A stretch of DNA of 64,000 nt from Vicugna vicugna (Eukaryota): assembly GCA_013265495.1 (NCBI GenBank), contig MU061017.1, forward strand, positions 7,712,180 through 7,776,179, written 5' to 3'. The notes beneath the pieces are model-generated. The model did not search any database, had not been told where the DNA came from, and worked only from the letters and a program-made list of their open reading frames with translations. The position numbers and the translations under genes were made by a program. Below, in pieces: positions 21,761 through 33,306 of the stretch; position 1 is the first letter of the stretch; every line of letters begins with the position of its first letter.

Positions 21761-22689
21761 GGTTCTTTAAAAAAAATTCTTTATGCTAAATCTCTCCATC
21801 AGACTGAATTCCTTGTACCCATCCTACTTTTTAAAATTAATTAATTTTTTTTGCTCTATCTTTGTTCATACTCTTCCCTCTGCTTGAATCATTTCCAGTT
21901 TTGCTGTCTTTCAAGGTCAAGTTCCCTTGCCACCTCGGCCCCGAAGTCTATGATCAACTCAATACCAAATCGGCTTTCGCACACACTTGTGTATTTCTGT
22001 CACTTTTATGGTACTTAGGTCACTTAACCCTTGTGTTGTAATTATTTAGGCACATATCTTCCTTGCAAGGCTAAAAGCTCCATTCAGGCTGGCCTTCTGA
22101 CCTTGTAATAGTTTTATTTCCCAGAATGCCTGCGCATTGCCTGTCCTCTTCAGGCGGGAGAAGCTCAAATGTCCTACTGGTGGTGGACGGGCTGTGTCAC
22201 CTTCACATATGAAAGCCAACACGTTACTCTCCATTACATATGCTAATAGAGGGAGCAGCGATGTGGAGAGTCAAAATAACTGGCTGTCCTAACATGACTG
22301 CTTTTGGCTCTGGAAGGCACGGTGATGTTTCTGCTTCAGATTTACCTCGCTGATCACGTTTTATTAGGCACACATCACTACTGAGTCTGCATTCCATGAG
22401 CGTACACCATCTGGAAAAACTGAAGAGGGTGATCCAGAAGTGTGCTGAGCACTGGGAGAAGCTGGTTTAGGTTTTCATTTGTCCAGGTTGTAACCCACAA
22501 AGTGAAGCATCAACCCCAACACAACTGAGAGACGGCTATTTTAATATTATTCCTCTCTGAGCTTTCTCTGCTCAAAACGCTTTATGACAATATGGGCATT
22601 AGTCAAGGGCACGATAATCACTTGTCAGCGACCTTAAATACTTATGGTGATGGAGCAGAAGCACCGTGGTTTGAATTGATGCCAGACTG

Positions 22690-22930
22690 TCATAGTAATG
22701 ATACGGAACATTTATATAATGATTGGTAATTTATAAAGAGCTTTCACGTATGTTATTTAATTTTATCTTCTTGATGCCATGAAGTGGATAGAGTAGGTCT
22801 CATATTCCTATTTGACAGATGTGGAAACCAAGGCCCAGAGAAGTTCAAGGACTTCCCCAAGCTCTTTTAGCTAGAGTCTAGGCAGAGCCAGGGGACCACA
22901 GCTCTTGTCTTTACCCTTGGGCCCCAGTGC
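22690..22930 (-). mobile_element. MIR SINE
   Basis: tatttgacagatgtggaaaccaaggcccagagaagttcaaggacttcccc. Confidence 0.75.
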
Positions 22931-22989
22931 TTTTCCCACTTTCCCAGTCTCCTCTAATGACCCTCAATTTCTTTAAGATGCTCGTTATT

Positions 22990-23945
22990 ATTCACTTTAA
23001 ACACTTCCAGGTGGTTCTTTTTATAGTTTCTAATTTTTTGGTGAAATTCTTTATTCTAATCTATTTCGTAAATGTTCTTGCAGTGCTTTGAGTGAATTCA
23101 TCACATTTAAAGTTCTTTTCTTTGAATGCCGATGTCTGGCTCACCTATGGGTCTGTTTCTAGTGTCTGTTTTCCCCCTTGGATTTTGGTTGTATGGTTCT
23201 AACTCTGGGCATGCCTAGTAAATTTTTGCTGAATGTTAGACACTGGATGGGCTGAAGATGCTGTGATCTTCAAGAGAGGGTTTACTCTTTGCTAGACAGG
23301 GTGCAACCAGTGATCTTAATCCAACTGGAAAAGACTGAACTGAGTCCAAGCTGGGTTGTGTTTTAATAAAGGCTCAGTCTGATTCGCCCCACTCCTGGGA
23401 ATGGTCAGCATTAACTGAGAGCCTTGTGCGTTCGCTGGGTCCCTTCCTTGCTAGGTCCTGGATTCTAGTCTTGCCTTTTCAGTATCTTAATACTGCAGGA
23501 AAAATCTGCTTCATAGAGGCTTTCGGCTTAGTGTTTGTTTGTTTGTTTTCGTTTTGTTTTGTTTTTGGCTTTCTGTTCCATTCAGCTTCAGAATTCTATA
23601 AATGACCCCAGGGGAAAACTGGCCCCGCACTGAGGCCCCTTGTGTCTCTAGTTTTCTCTTTCTAGTCCTAATCCTGCCAGAAGCTCTGCTGGTTTCTTTG
23701 TCCCCTGGCAGCAGCCCTATGCCTATGTAAAGCCTGGATTCTCAGCCTCTCATCCTGCACCCAGAAATGGCAAATCCTCCCAGGTTAGAAGTGGCTGTGG
23801 AACATGAGCTGGCCTCTCCTCACTTTCCCCTCTCTGTAATGATGTGCTCTCTAATCCTGTTGCTTCAGCAGGTCTGTGATGCCTTAAAACAGATGAATAT
23901 TGTATTTTATCTAGCATTCCTAGTTGTTCTCAGTGGAAGCAGTGA
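22990..23945 (-). mobile_element. Ancient L1M (5' region) relic
   Basis: T-rich, with ctatgggtctgtttctagtgtctgtttt, gggcatgcctagtaaatttttgctgaatgttagac and ctcagcctctcatcctgcacccagaaatggcaaat, typical of antisense old L1 5' ends. Confidence 0.6.
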
Positions 23946-24619
23946 TCGGCCATCACAAGCTATCCCATCCCACGCGGAAGTGGACATTAAATGCTTATTC
24001 TCAACACCTACAAGCCACAGGTTACGTGGGCAGTTCTTAGCTGGGGGCCACGGGAGGTGGCCTAGCCAACCGTGGGGTGCACCTTCCCCACGGCATTTAC
24101 CAGAGTCTGTGGGCTGCCCAGCCAGGAAGAAGGCAGGGAAACGGATGGGTTGTAACTTCGTGGCCCAGGAGGAAGGCGTTCATTAGGCTGAGGAATGAGT
24201 GTTCGGCAAGCTCAGGAGGCCTCGATACTCCATCAGGTTTCTAATGATTTTGTCAGAGTGTTAATCCCCCGGGGTGAGCAGCAGCATTTTGATATCAGCA
24301 AACAGATTGTGTTTCTGCCCAGATAAGCCAATATGGAGTCCTGCATGAGAGCTGAAAATAATTCATCATATTTTAATGGGGCTGAGTGAAACTAGTCAGA
24401 AACAACACTGGAAATAGGGTGACGGGGCTCAGACTGGAAGTGGGGTGGAGATGCCCTGGACACGGGGCTGGCCATACGCGTTCTGAAGGGGGTGTGCTTA
24501 TGGGTGCGGGTGTGAAAGAAAGAGCGATCATACGCACAGAGAGTGCTTCGGGGATATCCCCTTCCATCGCAGGGCCCTTTCTGAATACCTGGTCTGGACC
24601 AGGTCCTGCGAATGTGGAG

Positions 24620-25010
24620 GTAAAGAAGACCGAAGTCCTCCCCTTAAGGACCTCACAGTCTGGTTGGTGGTGGAGGTGACAAGTGGTCGGGCAGTTAATC
24701 ACAGTAGTACCAGGTGCTGGATGTAAGAATGTCCCTGCTGCCTTGGGAGCGCAGAGCAGGGACAGGGCTGTGGGGCTGGGTGTGGGGCAGGAAAGGCTTG
24801 AACTGGTCTCTCAACTGAACCAGCTGGGTGGGGCGGAGGCGTTCTAGGCAGAAGGAACAGGCTGAGGAAACATGCTGCTATGATATTGCGATAATATGCA
24901 CGTGATTCTACAAAAACGGGGAGTTTCCACTGCCTCTGCCACTGCCCTGGTCAGTCCTTCATGACCCCTTGCCTGGCGAGAGCCTTCTGCCTGCCTCATA
25001 TCTCTCACAT
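24620..25010 (-). mobile_element. L2 relic
   Basis: gtcctccccttaaggacctcacagtctgg ... gcgttctaggcagaaggaacagg. Confidence 0.65.
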
Positions 25011-25049
25011 CTTGAGTTTCTCCTACATGCTGAACCCATGTTTTTTTCC

Positions 25050-25635
25050 CCCTAAGATACAGGCCTGACCATTGTTGTTCATCACTTAAGAACTTCTTAG
25101 GGTTTCTCTTATTTATAAAATAAAGTACAAACTCCTTGGGGTGCATTAAGCCCTTCTGTTATCTGACTGTAACCTACTGTCTTTCACCATCTTTACTGAC
25201 ACCCTCCCGAGCCCTACCCTGGGGCCCCGTTCTCTGGTTTTATTGGACCACTATTCCTGTAGACAGCCAGTCTTTTCCTGCCCCTATGGCTTCACCCGTG
25301 GCACTCCTTATGCCTGAAATGCCCTTCCCTGCCATCTTTGCCTGATGAAAGTCTGCTCTTTACTAAAGACCCAGATCACATGTCACCTCCTCTCTGTAAG
25401 GTTCCCTGGTCTTCCCTGTCAAAATGATTCATCTCTCCTCTGAGTTGCCTAATAGTTTACCCCTCTGTTAAAATAAATCACTTTCTGCCAATCTCACAGC
25501 TTTTATGTCTCTATCTTTTGGTGGCTGCCCCCACCCCAACCAGGGCAATCTCCTTGAAGGCAGGGAGAATGCCTTATTCATCTTGTAGTCCCCATGCTCG
25601 ATAAATATTTATTGATCGAATGAATAAATGAGTAT
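25050..25635 (+). mobile_element. L2 relic with 3' end
   Basis: ataaagtacaaactccttgg ... gcctgaaatgcccttccc ... ataaatatttattgatcgaatgaataaatg. Confidence 0.8.
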
Positions 25636-26569
25636 TGAATAGGCTTTCCATGTGTTTTGCCCTAGGTATCTCGTATTGTAATTAGAGGTTTTTGTTTGTT
25701 GTTCGTTTGTTTAGTCAATTTCCGGCGAAAAGCAGGATAAATTTTACGTGAGGTTTGAGAAGGACTGTAAAAGTGATTTACGGTTGAGTAGGAGATCTGT
25801 GCAAACAGGTCGGGGAAATGCTCACAGTCAGTTCTGCCTGCTCCTTGCGTCGCTCCAGACCCTAAATGCAGAGTACAGCTGCCTTCAGCAGCCCGGCCAA
25901 GGCCTGGTGCCCTCAGGCAGAATGTCTCCCCCGCCACCCCCTCCACCGCCCTCCTGAGAGGTGCGTGGCTTTAGTGTGTGCTGTTGAGGTACCGGATAAA
26001 AATGCTCACTCTGGAGAGAGTGCTAAGATGGTTGTGAGCAGCTTGCACATACAGCGAGCGCTCTGCAGTCCCACGTTCGGGCACAGTCTTTTTGTGGGGG
26101 TTTGTGCTCTTAAGCACATTTGCACCAGTGGAGAGAGTTGTTTCCTTGTCCAGCCACATTCTGTCACGGCCAGCCCTGGCAAAGCCCACATGGGGCTCAC
26201 ATTTGTGACCTTGGCCTCCAGGCCCCATGCTCCAGCCAGCCAAGCCAACCACCGCAGCAGGGACTGGCTGCACCTGTCTCTTTATTTCGAGAGCGAAGTT
26301 GAGCCAGGGCGGCGGGCAGCTGAGCAGCCGGCACCAGGGCCCTGTCTGTCGGGGGCTGGATGCCCAGAAACAGCAGCCCAGCATGGAGAGTGGGAACACT
26401 CTTGAGAGGCCCAGATGGGTCCCAGAGGGGCCATCTCTCTGAATGGGGACAACAGCCCTGGGACCTATGGCTTTTGCTTTCTGATGACTTTGCACCAACA
26501 AGCCAGGTGTCTTGGCCCCCACCTTCCCACCAGCCAACGTTCCCAAGGCCCAGATTTAACTTTCCCTTA

Positions 26570-26870
26570 CTTTAGTTTCAGGCCATTTCTTCTTTTAATG
26601 GTGTCCCAAGCTGCCTGAAATAATTCTTGCCCTTCTTTTATGTGGCTCTGTCTCGTATATTTATGGGAAGTTATCATGTCCTCGTAGGCCCTGGTTCTCT
26701 GGGTTCCACAAAGTATGTTCCTTTAACCTCCCTTTATAGGTCAAGCCTTCTAATTCCTTGAATCATTTTTATTACCTTCCTTTGTGTTCAGTCTCCCTGC
26801 TTGGCTTCTTTTAAGAGCAGGAATGCCTAACCTTCAGAATGTGTTCACCAAGAATGTCCCGAATCGGGGG
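26570..26870 (-). mobile_element. L3/CR1 relic
   Basis: gttatcatgtcc ... gttcctttaacctccctttatagg ... cttcttttaagagcaggaatgcctaac resembles antisense L3. Confidence 0.55.
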
Positions 26871-27109
26871 GACAGTCAGGGATCTGGCTTTGGGGACTGT
26901 TGGCTCCTGCCCCTCCGCCATGCTGCTCATGTGTGCTTCTCATTTTGCCTTGGCCTCACTGTTCCCAAATCACCTACCCTAAACGTCACCTTCCCATACA
27001 ATGGGCTTGTTTTCACTATGGCCCACCCCCAGACTTGGGCTGGGGGCAAGTCATCCTAGGAAGATTTAGGATGGAAGGAGGGAACCCACAGGTACCGAAC
27101 ACCTGTGAC

Positions 27110-27290
27110 CTATAGCGCCATGCAAGACACTTCACCTGTATCGTCTCCATGAAATCTCTCAGAATCATGTGAGATATAAATTATTGCCTCTTTCCACAGT
27201 TAAGGACTGAGGCTCAAAATTGTGAGATCACTTTCCTGTGAGCATGTGGCTAATAACTAGTGTATTTAGGATTTGAACACAGGCTGTGAG
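27110..27290 (-). mobile_element. MIR SINE
   Basis: ttccacagttaaggactgaggctcaaaattgtgagatcactttcc ... aggatttgaacacagg. Confidence 0.7.
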
Positions 27291-28169
27291 ATGACCCTAA
27301 AAAGTCTTTCTTCCCACTCTATGCGGCCTCCTTTAAAGAAAGTGGGAAGAGAGGGCTTTGCAAAGGGAGCAGTAGAACTCAGAGCAGCATTAAGGTGAGG
27401 GCTCTGTTTCCTTTGTCCTCACTGAACCTGGAGCCTGGGGACCAGTGGCTTTCTTCTGGCATGTCCTGAAAGAAAAAGAAAAAGAAAAAAAACTCACTTG
27501 CTTTGGTCCAAATGCCTCTCTCTCTTTATCCTGAATGCAGGTTATTCCTGCCTCTTGTGCAGTAGGACCTGTGTGTCCCCAGATACCCTGCCGCTGGCTT
27601 GACGGGACGTTTTGGGGTTCCCGTGACACTACTCCCCACTCCTGAGCTGGATGAGAGCCTTCTGTAGCCTAGAGCCTGGGAATTGTCCCCACTGGTTGAT
27701 GCTGCCCCCAGCCCTTTCCAGCTCCGCATTGGGCTGCTGTGAGGGTGCCCTCCTATGATGTGTATGCGCTGGATTGGGCTGAGCATCGCCCTTCTGTGGG
27801 TGGCCTCCCATCCCACTCCTCTCCAAGCCCAGCCAGGCAGCAGGGGAAAGACATGAGGACCCAACTAGCAAACTAGCCAAGTTCCAGTGGTTCCTGGAAT
27901 GATGGTCGCCTTCCCTGCCACAAAGTGGCGAGGGGGGTACAGGAAGGGGTCTCCCATGGTGCTGTTGACACTCTTGCCCCCACCCCTCGCCATTGTAAGA
28001 GTGCACAAGAGCAGTGCCCCATGAGAATGTATCAGGGGAAAGGCTTGATTCCCGAACTGGAGGTAGCCAGTGCCTGTGATGGCCGGGAGGGAGGCCAGAG
28101 AAAAGTTGGCTCAGCCCCTCCCTCTGGAGCACACTCAGCCCTTGGACGACTTCTGAGGCTTTGCTTCTC

Positions 28170-29110
28170 AGAATCGGCCCCACATTTGCTCATTTCAAAG
28201 CCCAACTGTAGTCACCGTGCTGGTCTTTGTGCTGGGCACTGGGGAGACAGACGAATGAGACGTGGGACTTGTTTTCAAGGAGTGAGCCATCTAATGGGAG
28301 AGATGACACATGAGAGATCATGACAGCTCAGTGTGGTGATGGCAAGGATGGAGATGTGCACTAGGGAACCGGAAGCAAGGCACCAACCAGCCTAGAACAG
28401 GGGTGGCAGAGGCAGGAATGGTTTTAAGGGAGACGTCCCCTGAGCTGGGTTTAGAAGAGTGCAGTTGGGCCAGATGAAGGAGATGTAGACACCAAAGGGG
28501 AATTGTAAGTAGGGCAGACAGGGAGTTGGGGAGATGGGACTGGAGAAGAATCCTAGGCCCAGCTTTGGAGGCCCTGTGTGACCGAGAAGGAAGCCTGGAC
28601 TTTGGGAAGAAGGAAGGGAATCTATTAAAGAAGGATTTTAAGTAAGGAGAGGGCCTTGGCAATTTACATCTTAGATAAATCACCCCAGTAGTAAGATGGA
28701 GGGACTATTTGAGGGGGGTAAAACTTTAAAAAGAGAGATCAATTAAGAGACTGTTGCAGTAGACTGCCCATCCTTTCATCCATCCATCAATCTATCCATC
28801 CATCCTTTTCGTAAATATTTACTGAGTACCTGGTGTGTATCTGGTACTCACTGGTGAGTGTGGATATATAGAGGTGGATAAGAAAGACAGAGTCCTGGCC
28901 TCCAAAGCTGACATAGGAGAGGCGAAGAGGCCCAGACCTCTCTTGTAGAGCAGATAGAGGAAGGAAGATGAAGTAAAAAATTATTTTGGAGGTCAATTTA
29001 GTAGGATTTGGTTTCTGATTGGGTGGGGCGGGCAGCGCGTATGAAGATGGAGGCCGAGATGTCTCTCGCTTTCCACTCTGGATGACTGCAGTGGCTGAGT
29101 CAGGAGGAGG
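28170..29110 (-). mobile_element. L2 relic containing a nested second L2 3' end (about 28765-28915)
   Basis: Purine-rich antisense L2 body interrupted by (CCAT)n + aaatatttactgagtacc, a second tail. Confidence 0.75.
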
Positions 29111-29499
29111 TCTTCCACTAGCATCCTTAGCACCCCAATTAAGCATATAACCTACGAAAACGCAGCGCACTTGCCATGCAGACTCAGCTATAAGACTAGT
29201 TCGCTAGCACCATTGCCTCTTTCTGCCTGACTGTGTTTCATTCCCTCCTGTAAAATCCCAGAGCTGCCACTAGGAGCCAGGGTGACTGACATCCACCAGG
29301 GGCAGATGGTGAGCAGGTGATGTGGTGGACTGCAGGTGCCCAGGACATCCAGTAGGCAGCTGGATACGCAGGTCTGAAGCATGAGAGATGGGGTCTGGAC
29401 TGGAAGGGTAGCTTTGGTGTTGTCAGCAAAGGAAACCACGACAGCAGACAAAACGATCGTGAGAAGAGTGGTGCTGGGAAAAGAACAGTGGACTGAACG

Positions 29500-29615
29500 G
29501 TGAGACGCTTTGGCCCGAGCCTCAGATTTGCCATTCATCTGCAGTGTGACCGAAGACCAGCTCGCCCACCTCGGGCAGCCTCAGGGGCCCTCATCTGTAA
29601 AATGAGATGATCAGA
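29500..29615 (+). mobile_element. MIR SINE fragment
   Basis: gtgtgaccgaag ... gcctcaggggccctcatctgtaaaatgag. Confidence 0.65.
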
Positions 29616-31544
29616 CCAGATCGGTGGTCTCTAAACTTACTTTTTTAATGGTTAAATCTTTTGTTTACGCCCAAAATCCCAGTAGGTAAAAACTGAGCCG
29701 CTATAATCAAAGCAGGATTTTAGGGACTTCTCCCCACTCATCTCCCAGCACCCATCCGCAGCCCCTGAGGGTGTTTTGGGGAGATACAGTCTGAGGACCG
29801 GAAACGTATGGGACTTCTGAGGTCCCCTGCACCCAGCGTCAGCCTCCTGGAGCCTGGCTCACGGCTCATTTGGATCCGGGGGGGACGCTGAGCCTCAGGC
29901 CTCCTGGAGGTCGCCGCCGGGCTGGGGGGGACTGGGGAGGAAGAGGCAGCCTGGAGCCCATTCCTACCCACACAAACCCGGGATAATTTTTGTCTTTCAG
30001 TAACCTAATTAAAATCCAAGTCCTTTAATTTGTTTTCCTTAGTAAAAAAAAGGAGAAAGGAAAGCAGCTCAGGCCATAAAACACGGCGGCCTCTGGTAAC
30101 GTTTCCCCATCCCCTCCTGCGGCTCCCGTTCGTCCTAGTTCATCATCCTCAGGCTTGATCACAGGAACTTTATGACTTCCTTTCCCCTGTAGGAAAGGTA
30201 AAAACCAAAAAAAAATCTTGAGCCTCAGCTGAAGCTAGTTCTGCCCTCTGCCCCTTTCAAAGGCCTGTGCTCTTTGTGATTCACAGTCCCCAAAGAGGAG
30301 ACCCAGAGACCCCCGGCTAAGAGTGCCGGCCCCGGCCCCCCTCCTCCTGCAGGCCCAGGAGTGTGGGGGGCTAGTCCCCAGGCAGCGGCGGGACCGCGCC
30401 GTGTGCCGCGCTGTGAGTTTGCCGGCTGTGGTCCAGCCCCAGAGGGACTGTCACAGGCCGGGGCCTTCAGCTGCCCTGGCACCCAGCTTGTGCCTGGAGC
30501 TATTTTGCCCCCTCCCTTCCAGCCACCAGGGCACCGGCCTGCTCCCCGACCCCTCCCTCTGGCCAGTGGGGCCACCCTGTCCTGCCATGAAGGGCTTTCT
30601 GTGACTCACCAGGGGACTGTTTCCAAAACACATATTTCACTCCGGCCCCCGTGAGAAAGCCGCATTCTGTTCTCCCTGCGGAGAGAGAGAGAGGTTTCCT
30701 TGGCCACATCAAGATGTCAGCTCTTCAGCGCCAAGGGCGCTTGAGGCCACGCTTGTCAGAAATTTCTTTATGCGGAAGAGGAGAGGTCAGCCTGCGGGGT
30801 CTGGGCTGCCCACCGCCTCCCCGGCCTGGACGGCGGCCACGGGTAGGGGGCAGAGCCGGGCAGGGCTGCCCCTGCCTCGTTAGCGCAGCCCAGGCCCCGG
30901 CTTGAGCCGTGTGACCAGGGTGAGTTGCAGTGTCATTAGCAGGGCGGCCTAGCTGGGTAGTGATCGGCCCTGCAGAGGCCTGGTGGGGTGGCGGCTAGAG
31001 CCGCCACACACCCTGCTGCCCGTGGACGCAGTGGTGTGCAGCCACTGGTGGGAGCATTTTGAGGTGACAACACCAGAATGGGCCTGAGGGACCTCCCACC
31101 ACTCAGAGAGCCCTGCTCTGTGGCCTGGCAGGAGCAAAGCACAAAGGTCCCACCGGCCTCTCCCCGGGGTCTCCCTCCCTAAGAGGACCTCCCCTGATGC
31201 TCTTCCTGGATCCTCATTCCAGAGGCAGGTCTTGCCAGCAGAGGGATCTGGGCTGCCTGCTTCTGCCGGATGGGGCAGTGGCCCTGAGAGCGCCTCTGTG
31301 ACTTGTCCTATAAATGACAATAGAGCTAACAAGATCTAATTGGCTATTAAAGGAGGGAGCAGCCCTACAGATGCTGCACACTAATTAACCCTGAGCGCAG
31401 AGCGCGAGCATGAAACCTCTGTAGGGGCTGCATGTGAGTGCATCTGTGCGGTCTGCCCCGGTGGCCCCACCCCACCCACACGGAGTCCTGGAATCCTGGG
31501 CCCACCCCAGCTCAGAGCCAAAAAGGAGCCTCAGAATCAGATCC

Positions 31545-31640
31545 CATGCACTTATTTATAGACGAGGAAACTGAGGCCTCAGGAGGAAGTTGACTCACCG
31601 AAGATCACAAAGCTGGTTGGAGGTGGAGCCCAGGGTGAAC
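31545..31640 (-). mobile_element. MIR SINE fragment
   Basis: tatagacgaggaaactgaggcctcaggaggaagttgactcaccgaagatcacaaagctgg. Confidence 0.75.
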
Positions 31641-33124
31641 TTGAAGTTTGGGAAGGCCAGTCTTTCCCGCCTCCTGTCTGGCACAGTGTGAGGGTTCCCC
31701 TCTGTCCTGAGGGTCTCAAGTAGGAGATGCTCTCTACAGATAATCATCACCCAGTGTGCAGAGGCCTAGAAGAACAGCCTGAACTAGTAGTGTCCACTCA
31801 GCTCTGCCGGGGGGCTCAGGAAAGTCTTCCCAAGGGGGTGAAATCTGAACCAAGTTTTGAGCAAGATATTTCTAGATAGAAATGTGAGGGGAGGACATAT
31901 GGCAGAGAAGCCCAGGAAGCTCCAATGGCTGAGTCCCGAGGTGAGAGAGCTGAGGTCGAGAGGGGTTTGGGGTCCTGTGTCCAACATGGGGAGTCGATGC
32001 ATCATCTCGGGAGCAGTGGGGAGTTGGTGAACGTAGTGGCTTCTTCATATTTCTCTTTTGGAAGATGGACTTGGGGTGGGAGTGGGGGGTGGACAGGAGA
32101 GATGATGAGGGTTTGGCTGAGGCAGCGGCAGCAGGGATGGACAGGAGGGAGGTGGGGAGCCCCACGGACTCCCACATCTTGGAGCCTTCAGCGACATCAG
32201 GGAGCCTCCTGGACAGAGAGCTGCCACGGGGCCGGGGCTCTGCTCTCTGCACCTGTTTGCCAACTAACTCCCAGCTCATAGGCTGTCAGAGCTGGGAAGA
32301 GGCCTTTGGAAATCTTGTCCAGCTCTTCATTTTATGAAAGAGGAAACTGAGACCAGGAAGGAGATATGATCGTGGTGGGACAGCCCACGTCTGGAACCCT
32401 GGCATCCAGCGTCTGCCCCAGTGTCCCTGCTACTGCCCTTCACTGGTGTTTGTGTTTCCTCTTAGAGAATCTGCCTTCTCCTCCTCCGCACATCCTAGTC
32501 CTAGCCCCTTCCCAATGTTTTTCCTTTGCTTCCGTGACCGTAGTTTTCCAGTCCCACCCAGGGCCGGGCTGGTTCAACCTGGATTAAGCAGCCAGTTCTG
32601 TTCTTGAAGAAGTGACAGTTAGAACCCGTGGTCAGTTGGGCTGGTCTTGAGGAAGAGGGATGATCAGCCCAGAGCATCGGCTAACTCCAGGTCCTAAATG
32701 CCAGACAGCACGCTGTGTTTAAACTGGTTTCACGAAGTTTGACCTTTAAGAGCGCGTGTTTCTTTAGCACACGCCAACTGCCAGAGGGAAGGGTGGCCCC
32801 AAGGTTACAAATGAGCTAGGAATCCAGCTGCAAAGCACACTACAGCACATTGACTCCACACAGAAAGGTTTTGTGGAGGTGTCAGTGGCACCATCAGGTG
32901 TGCTGGCCACCGCCCACTCCCAAGGTATAATATATGAGGGAGGCTTGTGGAGTCAGGGCTGTCAGGTTGGGGCCCGTTCCTCTGGGGAGGGCCACACCCC
33001 TCCCCTGTCCTTCTTCTGCCGCAGGCCACCCTCTCTCCTTCCAGATCCTGGGTTTAGGGGGTGGGGTGATTTGACCAGAGCTAAGGTGACATCGCTCACC
33101 ATTTCTGTCCTCGAATCGATGTGA

Positions 33125-33306
33125 TGTTTCTCAGCTCAATCCAGTCTATCTTCCGAGTATTTGAAAAAAACCCATTTTACTGGCCTAAAACGAAATTCAC
33201 AGACACTGTAACCTTTCTGCACATAGGATTTAAAAACATACAATATCCTAAATACAACATACAGGCTAAATTAAAAGAAAATAACATCATAAAATGTATT
33301 TCAGTG
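33125..33306 (-). mobile_element. MER20B-like hAT element, left part (split by Tigger1; resumes at 35679-35715)
   Basis: aaacgaaattcacagacactgtaacc ... aaaatgtatttcagtg joins to tgtaaatgctgggcc; homologous to the reverse complement of the second copy at 57800-57960 in this window. Confidence 0.65.
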
